A stretch of 64,000 nt of DNA from Elusimicrobiota bacterium (lineage in GTDB: Bacteria > Elusimicrobiota > Elusimicrobia > UBA1565 > UBA9628), in the NCBI GenBank assembly GCA_003151975.1, contig PLZD01000067.1:1143-65142 (forward strand), read 5' to 3'. The position numbers and the translations under genes were made by a program. The notes below the pieces were generated by a model that did no database searches, was not told where the DNA came from, and saw only the letters and a list, made by a program, of their open reading frames with translations. Positions 20,024 through 29,029 of this stretch are shown here, piece by piece; the first letter of the stretch is position 1; each line of letters opens with the position of its first letter.

Positions 20024-22237
20024 ATGTCCAACGAAGAAACTGATTTGAAGCAGCAAGAGCACGCGGCCAAAGAGCACGCGGCCCAAGAGCCGGCGGCGCC
20101 CGCGGCTCAGACTCCGGCGGCTCCCGCCGAGACCGCTCGCGCCGAGGCTCACGCGCCTTCCGAGCCCGAAGTCCGCGAAGCGCCGGCGCCCTCCCGCGAG
20201 GACGAATTTCCGTCGGGGCCCGTCGCGCCCACGGAGGACGTTCCGCAGCCCGCCGATGAGCCGGAGGACGACGAAGAATCCGACGACGACGAGCCGGAAG
20301 CCGAAAACTCGGAGGCCTCCGCCGAGCCCGCCGCTTCGGCTCCCGCATCGCCGGTCCAAGACGGTCCGCCGCAGCAGCCCGGGACTCAGCCTCCGGCGCA
20401 ATCCGGTCAGAATCCAGGCCGTCAAGGACAGCAACCGGGCGGTCAGGGCGAGAAGGGCCGCGACGGCGGAAGGCGCCGACGCCGCGGTCGCGGCGGTCGC
20501 GGCGGCGAGGGCCGCCAGCAGCAAGGAGGACAGGGTGGTCAAAGCCAGCAGGGACAACCGAAAGGTCCCGACCGGAACAGCGGTCGGGGCGAGGGCGGCC
20601 AGCAAGGCGGCGAGCGCCGGGAAGGCGGCCGCTCAGGAGAGCATAAAGGCGAGCGCCGCGATGGGCGCGATGGACAGCATCGCGACCGCACCGGCCAAGG
20701 CCAGCACAAGACCGAGCGTTCGGCGCACCACGACCGCGGCGGCCGCGGCGAGCGCGGAAGCCACGAGCACGTGCACCGCGGCCCGGAGCGCAACCCGAAG
20801 AAGCCCGTCAAGCGCGAGATCCTCGCCAACACGGGCTTTGACGAGAGCCGGATTGCGATCATCGAGGACGGGCGTCTGGCCGAGCTTCTTTGGGAACGGC
20901 ACAGCGAAGCCTCGATCGTCGGCAACATCTACAAGGGCGTCGTCGAAAACGTTTTGCCCGGCATCTCGTCGGCCTTCGTCAACATCGGCTACGAGAAGAA
21001 CGCCTACCTTTACATCTCCGACGTACTCGGCGAGCGCGGAGCGCCCATCGACTCGACGCTCAAAAAGGGCCAGCACATCATGGTGCAGGTCGCCAAAGAG
21101 GCCATCAGCACGAAGGGCATGAAGGTCACGATGGACGTGTCCTTGCCCGGCCGCTACCTGGTCTTTACTCCGTTCCAAAACTACGTCGGGGTCTCCAAGC
21201 ACATCGAAGACGCCGGCGAACGCCAGCGGTTGTCGGGCATCGTCGACAAGCTCGTGGCCGACATCCTGGGCGGCAAGGGCGTGGTCGTGCGCACCGAGGC
21301 CGAGGGCGCCAGCGCCGAGGAGCTCGAGCGCGAGGTCAAGTATCTCCAGCAGACCTGGCAGAACATCCAGAAAAAATTCGAGAGCACGCCGCCGCCGACT
21401 CTGCTGCATAAAGATCTCGACCTCACCTTGCAGGTGGCGCGCGACATCCTCTCGGACCAGACCTATGTCTATCTCATCGACAACAAGGAAGCCTTCAAGA
21501 ACGTGGTCGAATTCATCAAGGGGATCTCTCCCGAGCTCGAGGACAAGGTCCGGTTTTACGAGGCGAAGACGCCGATCTTCAAAGCGTTTGATCTCGACGG
21601 AGTGCTCGAGGACATCCGCAAGACCAAGGTCCCGCTGCCCAACGGCGGCTCGATCATCATCCAAGAAGCCGAGTCGCTCTGCGCCATCGACGTCAACACG
21701 GGGCGCTTCACGGGCTCCAAATCGCAGGAGGAGACCGTCACGCAGACCAACATCGAGGCGGCCACCGAAGTCGCCCAGCAGCTGCGCCTGCGCAACATCG
21801 GCGGCATCATCGTCGTCGACTTTATCGACATGCGCAAGGCCTCCAATCGAAACAAGGTCATGGAAGCCTTCGCCCAGGCCTGCCGCAACGACCGCGCCAA
21901 GATCCGGATCCTGCCCATCACGCGTTTAGGTCTTATCGAGATGACGCGCGAGCGCAAGCGTCAGTCGACGATCAGCCTTTTGACCGACGAGTGCCCCGAG
22001 TGCCGGGGCGCCGGCCGCGTCTTGTCGGCCGAGACGATCCGCATCCGCATCCAGCGCGAGATTTTCGAACTCACGGGCGGCCGCCCGGGCGGCCAAGTGC
22101 GCCTGCTGCTGCACCCGCATTTGGCGGACGTCTTTAGGTCCCAGCAAGCTGTTATTGAAAAGAACGTACAGCGCTCGGTCAAGATCGCCTCGGACCCGCA
22201 AATCCCTTGGGAGGATTACCGCATCATACTCGAATGA
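20024..22237 (+). CDS. rne: ribonuclease E/G family endoribonuclease with ~255 aa N-terminal acidic, Pro and Arg/Gly/Gln-rich disordered extension
   Basis: 737 aa; S1 domain, DNase-I-like AIDVNTG motif, CPECRGAG zinc link; the N-terminal 255 aa are low complexity (PAAP, EDDEESDDDE, RRRRGRGGRGG, QQGG). Confidence 0.88.
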   Translation: MSNEETDLKQQEHAAKEHAAQEPAAPAAQTPAAPAETARAEAHAPSEPEVREAPAPSREDEFPSGPVAPTEDVPQPADEPEDDEESDDDEPEAENSEASAEPAASAPASPVQDGPPQQPGTQPPAQSGQNPGRQGQQPGGQGEKGRDGGRRRRRGRGGRGGEGRQQQGGQGGQSQQGQPKGPDRNSGRGEGGQQGGERREGGRSGEHKGERRDGRDGQHRDRTGQGQHKTERSAHHDRGGRGERGSHEHVHRGPERNPKKPVKREILANTGFDESRIAIIEDGRLAELLWERHSEASIVGNIYKGVVENVLPGISSAFVNIGYEKNAYLYISDVLGERGAPIDSTLKKGQHIMVQVAKEAISTKGMKVTMDVSLPGRYLVFTPFQNYVGVSKHIEDAGERQRLSGIVDKLVADILGGKGVVVRTEAEGASAEELEREVKYLQQTWQNIQKKFESTPPPTLLHKDLDLTLQVARDILSDQTYVYLIDNKEAFKNVVEFIKGISPELEDKVRFYEAKTPIFKAFDLDGVLEDIRKTKVPLPNGGSIIIQEAESLCAIDVNTGRFTGSKSQEETVTQTNIEAATEVAQQLRLRNIGGIIVVDFIDMRKASNRNKVMEAFAQACRNDRAKIRILPITRLGLIEMTRERKRQSTISLLTDECPECRGAGRVLSAETIRIRIQREIFELTGGRPGGQVRLLLHPHLADVFRSQQAVIEKNVQRSVKIASDPQIPWEDYRIILE

Positions 22238-23811
22238 GGATGAGCGCTCTCTTGCTGTCATTGGCGCTGTCGGCTCCGCTCGCCGCGGAGGAGATCGGCG
22301 TCTCCGTCGGGGGGAAAGCCCGCGACGCCGTCGAATCCTACAAGGTGGGCTCGACTTATTACTTGAGCGCCCAACAGGCCGCCGCCATCTACGGCTGCCA
22401 AGTCTACTGGTATCCCGTCTCGGGGCGCCTGCAGATGAGCGCGCGCGGCAAGTCCCTGCAGTTCCTGGTCGGCTCCGACGAGGTTTCGGGTTTAACTGAG
22501 CCCGTGAAGCTCGACGCCGCGGTCATGCTGCGCACGTCGCACGCCTTCATCCCGATGACCTTCTTCCTCTCGGAGGAGTTCTCGGCGTTTGCCGGGGTGG
22601 AGAGCGTCTTCAATGCGCGCACGAAATTCCTGAGCGTCGAGCGCAGAAGCACGGTGGGCTCGGTGCGCTGGTTCTCCTACAACGACGCCACGCGCCTGAC
22701 CGTCGAGCTCGACAAGAGCCTCTCCTACAAAAGCACTTCGCGCGGCGTGGGCGGCGTCGAATTCGTCTTTCCGTTCGGCAGCATCGCGTCCAACGAGAAC
22801 GCCCAGATCGAAGACGGGATCTTGGGCTACTACGCCTTAAACCAGCGCTCCAACGCCGTAGCACTCGCGGTGAAGCTCGAGGATTCCAAGGTCCATTGGC
22901 GCGTCAAGGAGGTCGCCGAGCCGCGGCGTCTCGTGATCGATTTCTATCGCGGCGAGCTTCCATCCTTGCCGGCCGTCGAGACTCATCCCGTCGCCGCGCC
23001 CACCGTCGTAGCACCCGCGCCCAAAAAAGAAGAGGAGGAGGCGCAGTCCGCTCCTGAGACTGCGGCCCCGACTTCCCCGTCCCAGGGTCCGGTGATCGTG
23101 GGGGGAAAGGACGACAAGGTCAGGCGCCGCATCGTCGTCGACGCCGGGCACGGCGGGAAGGACCCGGGCGCGTCGGGCTACCACGGCACCGCGGAGAAGG
23201 ATTTTAACCTGCTCGCGGCCCAGGAACTCGCGAAGCTCCTCGCCCAGGAGAAAACCTTCGAGGTCATGCTGACCCGCAACGACGACACTTTCGTGCCGCT
23301 GGCCGACCGCTCGCGGCTGGCCAACGAGTTCGGCGCCGACCTGTTCATCTCCCTGCACTGCAACGCGTCCAGAAAACGCCAGGATGAGGGTTTCGAAGTG
23401 TACTTTCAGAGCGAGACGTCCTCCGACCCCGAGGCGCAGAAGGTCGCCGACCTCGAGAACTCCTCCATCGAACTCGAGGGCAAGACGACCCAAGACGCGC
23501 AGGCGGAGATGATCCTCGGAGAGCTCTCCAAAACGGAGTTCATCAACGCCTCCTCCGAATGGGCGGCCTTGCTCGCGCGCGACATCGGCAAGCGCGTCGA
23601 CGTGGAAAACCACGGCGTCAAGCAGGCGGGCTTCTACGTGCTGCGCGGCACGCACGCGCCCGCGGTGCTCTTCGAGATGGCCTACATCACGAACAAGTCC
23701 GACGAGGCCAAACTTGAGTCCAAGAAAATCCGGCGCAAGATCGTCGACGGCGTCTACGCGGGGATACTCGATTACGCCAAGCGCGAGGGTTGGATGGCGA
23801 GGCCAGACTAA
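22234..23811 (+). CDS. N-acetylmuramoyl-L-alanine amidase (AmiC-like) with AMIN domain
   Basis: Signal peptide MRMSALLLSLALSAPLAA; amidase_3 core RIVVDAGHGGKDPGA...ISLHCNA...E. Confidence 0.88.
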   Translation: MRMSALLLSLALSAPLAAEEIGVSVGGKARDAVESYKVGSTYYLSAQQAAAIYGCQVYWYPVSGRLQMSARGKSLQFLVGSDEVSGLTEPVKLDAAVMLRTSHAFIPMTFFLSEEFSAFAGVESVFNARTKFLSVERRSTVGSVRWFSYNDATRLTVELDKSLSYKSTSRGVGGVEFVFPFGSIASNENAQIEDGILGYYALNQRSNAVALAVKLEDSKVHWRVKEVAEPRRLVIDFYRGELPSLPAVETHPVAAPTVVAPAPKKEEEEAQSAPETAAPTSPSQGPVIVGGKDDKVRRRIVVDAGHGGKDPGASGYHGTAEKDFNLLAAQELAKLLAQEKTFEVMLTRNDDTFVPLADRSRLANEFGADLFISLHCNASRKRQDEGFEVYFQSETSSDPEAQKVADLENSSIELEGKTTQDAQAEMILGELSKTEFINASSEWAALLARDIGKRVDVENHGVKQAGFYVLRGTHAPAVLFEMAYITNKSDEAKLESKKIRRKIVDGVYAGILDYAKREGWMARPD

Positions 23812-23812
23812 A

Positions 23813-24616
23813 ATGAAGAAAAGCCAACGCCCTATCGGCGTTTTCGACTCCGGCATCGGGGGCTTGACCGTACTCTCGGCGCTGGCGCGCCGCATGCCCA
23901 ACGAGCACCTGATTTATTTCGGAGACACGGCGCACGTTCCTTACGGTTCAAAATCCAAGGAGGCCGTGACGCGATTCTCGCTGGCCATCGCGCGCTTCTT
24001 GGAATCCAAGGGCATCAAGCTGCTCGTCGTGGCCTGCAACACCTCATCGGCCCTGGCCTTGCGCGAATTGAAGAGCGCGTTGAAAATCCCGGTTTTGGGC
24101 GTCATCGAGCCCGGCGCGCGCGCGGCGGCCGCCGCGACGCGCAACGGGAGAGTCGCGGTCATCGGCACCGAGGCGACCGTCCGCTCCGGCGCTTATGTCG
24201 CCGCGCTCAAGAAGAAGCGCCCCGGCATCCACGCGAAGGCACTGGCCTGCCCGCTCTTCGTGCCGCTTGTGGAGGAGGGTTGGTGGGGCCATCGCGTGAC
24301 CTCGGAGGTCGCCAAGGATTACCTCAAGCCCTTGCGCGGTTCGGGGATCGACGCGCTGATCCTTGGCTGCACGCATTACCCGCTTTTGAAGAAGACGATC
24401 TCCAGGGTCGTGGGCCCTAAAGTTCGGCTCATTGATTCGGCCGAGCAGACGGCCGTCGAGACCGAGGAACTGCTCGACGAGATGGGGCTCAAGCGCCGCG
24501 GCGGTCCCGGGAGACGCGAGTTCTACGCCTCGGACGCTCCGAAGCGCTTCTTGAGGATCGCCCGTCTGTTGGGCGTGAAGGCAAAATCGGTCAAGCTGCA
24601 CCCATTTGACGCATGA
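23813..24616 (+). CDS. murI: glutamate racemase
   Basis: ATG at 23813 (MKKSQRPIGVFDSGIGGLTVL...); VACNTSS and GCTHYP catalytic Cys motifs; the track ORF from 23714 includes an upstream read-through. Confidence 0.92.
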   Translation: MKKSQRPIGVFDSGIGGLTVLSALARRMPNEHLIYFGDTAHVPYGSKSKEAVTRFSLAIARFLESKGIKLLVVACNTSSALALRELKSALKIPVLGVIEPGARAAAAATRNGRVAVIGTEATVRSGAYVAALKKKRPGIHAKALACPLFVPLVEEGWWGHRVTSEVAKDYLKPLRGSGIDALILGCTHYPLLKKTISRVVGPKVRLIDSAEQTAVETEELLDEMGLKRRGGPGRREFYASDAPKRFLRIARLLGVKAKSVKLHPFDA

Positions 24617-25197
24617 AAGAATACGCGAAGCTCGTAGGTCTTGCGAAATCCGCCGTCGACAACGGCTTCTCGCGCGTGGGCAAGTCGCTCGACAAGGGCA
24701 GCCCCGTCGACGAGGCGCTGATGCTGCTGTCGGCGCGCGCCGTCGCGGTCGGCAACGCGATCGTCGTGCTGGCGCAAGAGTCGCTGTCCAACGAAGCCTT
24801 GCCGCTCTTGCGCTCGCTCTTTGAACTTGCGGCCGCTATGCGCTGGCTCGTCGCGGAGGACCGCGAGAAGCGCGCGCGGGAAGTGCTCGCCGAGGCGCGC
24901 GCCTCCGATTGGGAGATGCTGTGGAAGACTTCCCGACTCAAAGAGCGGCTGCCGCTGCTTGAGTTGGCCGACGGCGACGCGCGGCGCGCGCTTGGGTTAT
25001 GCGTGGATTTCATGTGCGCCAACACGCAAGGCCTGCCGTGGGGGCACGTTTTTGAAGGGAACAAGGAGACCGGAGTAACGTCGGCCGAGCTCTTGAGGCT
25101 CGCGGCGATCGCCTCCGGTCATGTGGTCAAAGCTTTGGACGCGCGGTGGCCAGGGAAGTTCGAGGGCGCCGAACAACTGTGGGAGAAGGCAAAATGA
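24613..25197 (+). CDS. hypothetical cytoplasmic helical protein, translationally coupled between murI and rho
   Basis: 194 aa; ATGA overlap with the murI stop and ATGATGA overlap with the rho start; no family recognised. Confidence 0.55.
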   Translation: MKEYAKLVGLAKSAVDNGFSRVGKSLDKGSPVDEALMLLSARAVAVGNAIVVLAQESLSNEALPLLRSLFELAAAMRWLVAEDREKRAREVLAEARASDWEMLWKTSRLKERLPLLELADGDARRALGLCVDFMCANTQGLPWGHVFEGNKETGVTSAELLRLAAIASGHVVKALDARWPGKFEGAEQLWEKAK

Positions 25198-26342
25198 TGA
25201 GCGACGACAGAAGGGGCGGGCAAGGCGGTCAGGGCGGCGGAGGCGGCGGCCAGGGCGGGCAAGGCGGCGGATCCGGTGGATCCGGCGGGTCCGGCGGGTC
25301 CGGCCAGCATCACAACCGCGGCGGGCGCAACCGTCACCGGCACCACCGCGGCGGCCAAGGCGGCGGCCAGCAAGGCGGCGGCCAGCAGGGCGGCGGCCAG
25401 CACTTCAATCGCCCTCCCCAGCACAACCAGGGCAACCGCAGCAATCCCTCGCCCGCGCGCGCCTCGTCCAACGTCGTCAGCGACATCGAACGCGCCTACA
25501 ACGCCAAGACCCCGATCGATCCCAAGGAGTGGATCCAGCTGGAAAAAGGCAGCACGGAAATCTCGATGCGCGCCATGGACCTGCTCTGCCCGATCGGCCG
25601 CGGCACGCGCGGCCTCATCGTCGCGCCCCCAAAGGCCGGCAAAACGACCTTCCTCAAGCAGATCTCGAACGCCGTCCACGGCTTCGACCCGAAGATCAAG
25701 CAGTACTGCCTGCTCATCGACGAGCGCCCCGAGGAGGTCACGGATTTTAAGCGTTCGGTGCCCGCCGAGGTCTTCGCCTCCTCCTCCGACCAGAGCTACG
25801 AGAAGCACATCACGGTCGCCAACGAGCTCATCAAGCTCGCCGTCGAGCAGGCCAGCACCGGGCAGGACGTGTTCATACTGCTGGATTCCCTGACGCGGTT
25901 GGCCCGCGTGCACAACCAGTTCGCCACGGGCAATCGCACGATGACCGGCGGCTTGGATTCGCGCGCGATGGAAGTTCCGCGCCGATTTTTTGGCGCCGCG
26001 CGCAAGCTCGAGGAGGGAGGGTCTCTCACCATCTTGGCGACCATACTCGTCGACACCGGCTCGCGCATGGACGAGGTCATCTTCCAGGAGTTCAAGGGCA
26101 CTGGCAACATGGAACTCGTGCTCTCGCGTCAGGCCGCCGACATGCGCATCTTTCCGGCGATGAAGGTGCGCGAGTCGGGCACGCGCAAGGAAGAAAAGCT
26201 CCTGCCGCCCGCGATCATCGAGGGCGTCTGGAAGCTGCGCCGGGCTCTGGCCGACAAGGGCGACATCGACGCGTTGAAGTCCCTCGTCGAGGCCCTGCGC
26301 GTGCACAAGACCAACCACGCCTTCCTCGCGGCTCTCAAGTAA
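25194..26342 (+). CDS. rho: transcription termination factor Rho, atypical: N-terminal OB-fold RNA-binding domain replaced by ~100 aa Gly/Gln/Arg/His-rich low-complexity region
   Basis: 382 aa; GGAGAAGG SD; ATPase core PIGRGTRGLIVAPPKAGKT, Q- and R-loop regions, C-terminus KTNHAFLAALK; the region N-terminal to IDPKEW is low complexity (GGQGGQGGGGGGQ, RGGRNRHRHHRGG). Confidence 0.85.
   Translation: MMSDDRRGGQGGQGGGGGGQGGQGGGSGGSGGSGGSGQHHNRGGRNRHRHHRGGQGGGQQGGGQQGGGQHFNRPPQHNQGNRSNPSPARASSNVVSDIERAYNAKTPIDPKEWIQLEKGSTEISMRAMDLLCPIGRGTRGLIVAPPKAGKTTFLKQISNAVHGFDPKIKQYCLLIDERPEEVTDFKRSVPAEVFASSSDQSYEKHITVANELIKLAVEQASTGQDVFILLDSLTRLARVHNQFATGNRTMTGGLDSRAMEVPRRFFGAARKLEEGGSLTILATILVDTGSRMDEVIFQEFKGTGNMELVLSRQAADMRIFPAMKVRESGTRKEEKLLPPAIIEGVWKLRRALADKGDIDALKSLVEALRVHKTNHAFLAALK
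25269..25305 (+). repeat. GGATCCGGN-type 9-nt microsatellite encoding (GSG)n in the Rho N-terminal tail
   Basis: ggatccggtggatccggcgggtccggcgggtccggc. Confidence 0.8.
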
Positions 26343-26719
26343 TGAAGAAGGCGATCGCGACTCAGAACGCGCCGCAGGCGATCGGGCCTTACTCGCAGGC
26401 CATCGAGTCCGGCGGCTTTGTGTTCGCGTCTGGGCAGATTCCGCTCGATGCTTCAGGAAAGATGGTGGAAGGCGGGGTGCGCGAGCAGACCGAGCGGGTC
26501 CTGTGCAACCTCGCCGCGATCCTGGCGCAAGCGGGATTGGGCCTGGAGCACGTCGTCAAGACGACCGTCTTCATGACAAACCTAGGTGAGTTCGCCGCGA
26601 TGAACGAGGTCTACGCGAAGCATTTTGCGGCGCCGCATCCAGCGCGAGCGACCGTGCAGGTGGCGGCGCTTCCCAAAGGCGCCGCCGTCGAGATCGAGGC
26701 GGTCGCCTCCAGAGCGTGA
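26342..26719 (+). CDS. ridA: RidA/YjgF family reactive enamine/imine deaminase
   Basis: 125 aa; AIGPYSQA...ATVQVAALPKGA.VEIE. Confidence 0.88.
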   Translation: MKKAIATQNAPQAIGPYSQAIESGGFVFASGQIPLDASGKMVEGGVREQTERVLCNLAAILAQAGLGLEHVVKTTVFMTNLGEFAAMNEVYAKHFAAPHPARATVQVAALPKGAAVEIEAVASRA

Positions 26720-27813
26720 TCCCAATGAAAAGAATCGCTTGTCTGCTCGTCTTGCTGGGCGCGGTCGGACCACTGCGCGCCGAAGAGCCGAAGAAGGCCT
26801 TTATTTTCGTGGTTTCCGCGGGCGCCGGATCGCAGATTTTTCCGCCGAGCGAACTGGAACGCCGGCGTGACGCGGAAAAGAATTACTACGAGGCGCAAGG
26901 CTACAAGGTCGAGGTCGCGCCCGCCACGCAGGACGCTGTGTTCGACGCGATCGCCTCCGGTGCTTCCGCGATTTCGTATCTCGGCCCCGCGGCAGAAGGC
27001 GCCCTCGAGCCGACGTTGTTGGGCCTCAACGCCCGCGTTTGGAAGGGTGCGGCCGCAGTTTATTATTCGATGAAGCACGCCGACGTGCCTAAGAACCTCG
27101 GCCTGCAAGTCCTGCGTAATTTCTCGTGTCGCAGTCTCTGGGACAACAACCTCGCGGAGCTTTTCGTGCGGCCCGGCGGCCATTACTTCGGGGCCAAGAG
27201 CGACCTCGCCCACGATCCTTCCTACGAGAAGCTGGCGGGTGTCGTCGAAGGCTGCACGCAAGGCGGCGACTGCCGCTGCGCGACCGTGGGTCTATACTCG
27301 GCCGGCGATCTCAGGGATTACGAACTGCCTCGCCGCAAAGCGGAAACCGCGGCCGTTGCTTCCGCGGCGCCGTCTGTCCCCGTGATGCCGGCCGCGCTCG
27401 CGCCCGCAGCACTGCCGGCGGTGGCAGTACCGCAGGCGGCGGTGCCGCAGGCGGCGGTGCCGCAGGCGGCATCGCCGGCGCTGCCGCCGGGCCCGCTGTC
27501 GGGGACTTGGTACATTTCGCCCACCGGCACCATCGTGATCGACCAGCGCGGCGAGCAGGTCAGCTGGGTGCTGACGGTTCCCGACCGCAGCGTGCGCCAC
27601 GAGGGCCACGGCACTTTTTCCAACTCGATGCTCAACGGCGCCTTTGAGGACGCCGAGGACCCCACCGGCCTGCGCGCCGGCGAGTTCAAGGGTTTCCAGC
27701 TGACCTCCGAGGGCAAGCTTTGCGGCCAGGTGCGCTGGTGGAACAAGATTGATGCGGCGCGCGGCTCAGGGATGGGTTTCGACTGTTACTCGCGGCAGCC
27801 GCTTAAGAAGTAA
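26716..27813 (+). CDS. secreted hypothetical protein with internal (AVPQA)3 repeat
   Basis: 365 aa; signal peptide MIPMKRIACLLVLLGAVGPLRA; no family recognised. Confidence 0.6.
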   Translation: MIPMKRIACLLVLLGAVGPLRAEEPKKAFIFVVSAGAGSQIFPPSELERRRDAEKNYYEAQGYKVEVAPATQDAVFDAIASGASAISYLGPAAEGALEPTLLGLNARVWKGAAAVYYSMKHADVPKNLGLQVLRNFSCRSLWDNNLAELFVRPGGHYFGAKSDLAHDPSYEKLAGVVEGCTQGGDCRCATVGLYSAGDLRDYELPRRKAETAAVASAAPSVPVMPAALAPAALPAVAVPQAAVPQAAVPQAASPALPPGPLSGTWYISPTGTIVIDQRGEQVSWVLTVPDRSVRHEGHGTFSNSMLNGAFEDAEDPTGLRAGEFKGFQLTSEGKLCGQVRWWNKIDAARGSGMGFDCYSRQPLKK

Positions 27814-28852
27814 GCTCGGGGAGTTCGAAAAAGAAGGCTGTTCCTTTTCCCGTCGTAAATCCTATGCGCCCGCCGTGTCGCTCGACGATGGCCTTCGAAA
27901 TCGCCAAGCCCAGGCCGGAGCCGCCCTTCTTGTGGCCTTCGGCCTGCGCGAACCGTCCGAAAATCTTATCGCGAAAGGTCTCCGGTATGCCGGGACCGTC
28001 GTCGCGGATGCTCACGCGAAGTGACGCGGCGTCGCGCTCGATGCTCGCGCGTACCACGCCGCCCTCGGGTGAGAACTTGACGGCATTCGAGAGCAGATTG
28101 GTCAACACCTGGCGCAGGCGGTCGGGGTCGCCCATGACCTTGGCGCCGGGAAGTCCGGCCCTCATTTCGAGGGTGACGCCGGTCTTGGCGCCCAGCCCGC
28201 GCGCCGATTCGAGAATGGACTCCGTCAACGCCGAGAGCTCGAGCGGCTCGAGCTTGAGCGGCGCGGCCCCCGAGGTCAGCTTTTCGATGCTGAGATAATC
28301 GTTTATGAGATCCAGCATGAACTGGCTGTTGCGCATGGCCATGCCCAGCATCTTCTCCGCCGTGTCGGGGTGGCGGCGGGCCAGCTCAAGCGAGCCGATG
28401 ATCGCGGTCAGCGGCGAGCGGAGCTCGTGGGTGGCGAGTGCTATGAGCTCGTCCTTCATGGCCTCGACCTTGCGCCGCTCGGTCACGTCGCGGAAGACCG
28501 CGCGTACGTACTCGGCTTTGCCCGCGTCGTCGAAGCGGTAGTTGATGAAGCCCTCGACCTGGAACTCTGTCCCATTCTTGGAAACGAAGATGCGCTGAAT
28601 CTCGCGCAAGGTCTCTCCCGCGGCCAGCTTCGCCTCGTTTTCCGCGACCAGCACCCGCTGGTCGGGGTGCAGGACGTCGTGGGCGTTCATGCTGTTGATC
28701 TCGTCCTGTGAGTAGCCCAGCTTCTCGCGCCAGGCGCGGTTGACGTAAAGGATGCGGCCCCCGGGCGTGGCGAGGATGACGAGGTCGTCGATGTTCTCGA
28801 GCAAGTCCTCGAGGCGCTGGGTCTCCGCGGCGGGAAGTTGGGCGAGCGTCAT
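27803..28852 (-). CDS. cytoplasmic PAS-domain sensor histidine kinase (orphan), divergent from the megaprotein gene
   Basis: 349 aa; PAS (ILYVNRAW...); HisKA H-box ATHELRSPL; HATPase N, G1 and G2 boxes (NLLSNAVKF, DDGPGI, GSGLGL). Confidence 0.88.
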   Translation of the reverse strand: MTLAQLPAAETQRLEDLLENIDDLVILATPGGRILYVNRAWREKLGYSQDEINSMNAHDVLHPDQRVLVAENEAKLAAGETLREIQRIFVSKNGTEFQVEGFINYRFDDAGKAEYVRAVFRDVTERRKVEAMKDELIALATHELRSPLTAIIGSLELARRHPDTAEKMLGMAMRNSQFMLDLINDYLSIEKLTSGAAPLKLEPLELSALTESILESARGLGAKTGVTLEMRAGLPGAKVMGDPDRLRQVLTNLLSNAVKFSPEGGVVRASIERDAASLRVSIRDDGPGIPETFRDKIFGRFAQAEGHKKGGSGLGLAISKAIVERHGGRIGFTTGKGTAFFFELPELTS

Positions 28853-28884
28853 AGCTTATCTCATTGAAGCTCTACGGGCGGGAA

Positions 28885-28916
28885 TTGTCAATAAGGCGCG
28901 CCCCTTCCTTTAATAT
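28885..28916 (+). promoter_or_regulatory. candidate sigma70-like promoter for the megaprotein gene (TTGTCA, 18 nt spacer, TTTAAT) in the divergent intergenic region
   Basis: -35-like hexamer at 28885-28890 and -10-like hexamer at 28909-28914; the only AT-rich patch in the 156 bp divergent region. Confidence 0.3.
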
Positions 28917-29029
28917 GGCGCCAAAGCAACGCTGCGTCCTTTGACCCAAGCGAAGTTAGGCCCATTAACCGCTTCGTTTGGCCCAAAGGGCCCGAGCCCC
29001 GGGTCCATTTGCAGTGCAATAATGGGTCT

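Noticed and set aside
22155-22499. 114 aa plus-strand ORF overlapping the rne/amidase junction
   Set aside because: It lies out of frame within confidently called genes, and its Arg/Ser-rich composition is typical of GC-frame noise.
29009-29029. TTG at 29009 as the megaprotein start
   Set aside because: The in-frame ATG at 29030 yields a canonical signal peptide (MLRR + hydrophobic core + YHA). TTG is kept only as an alternative.
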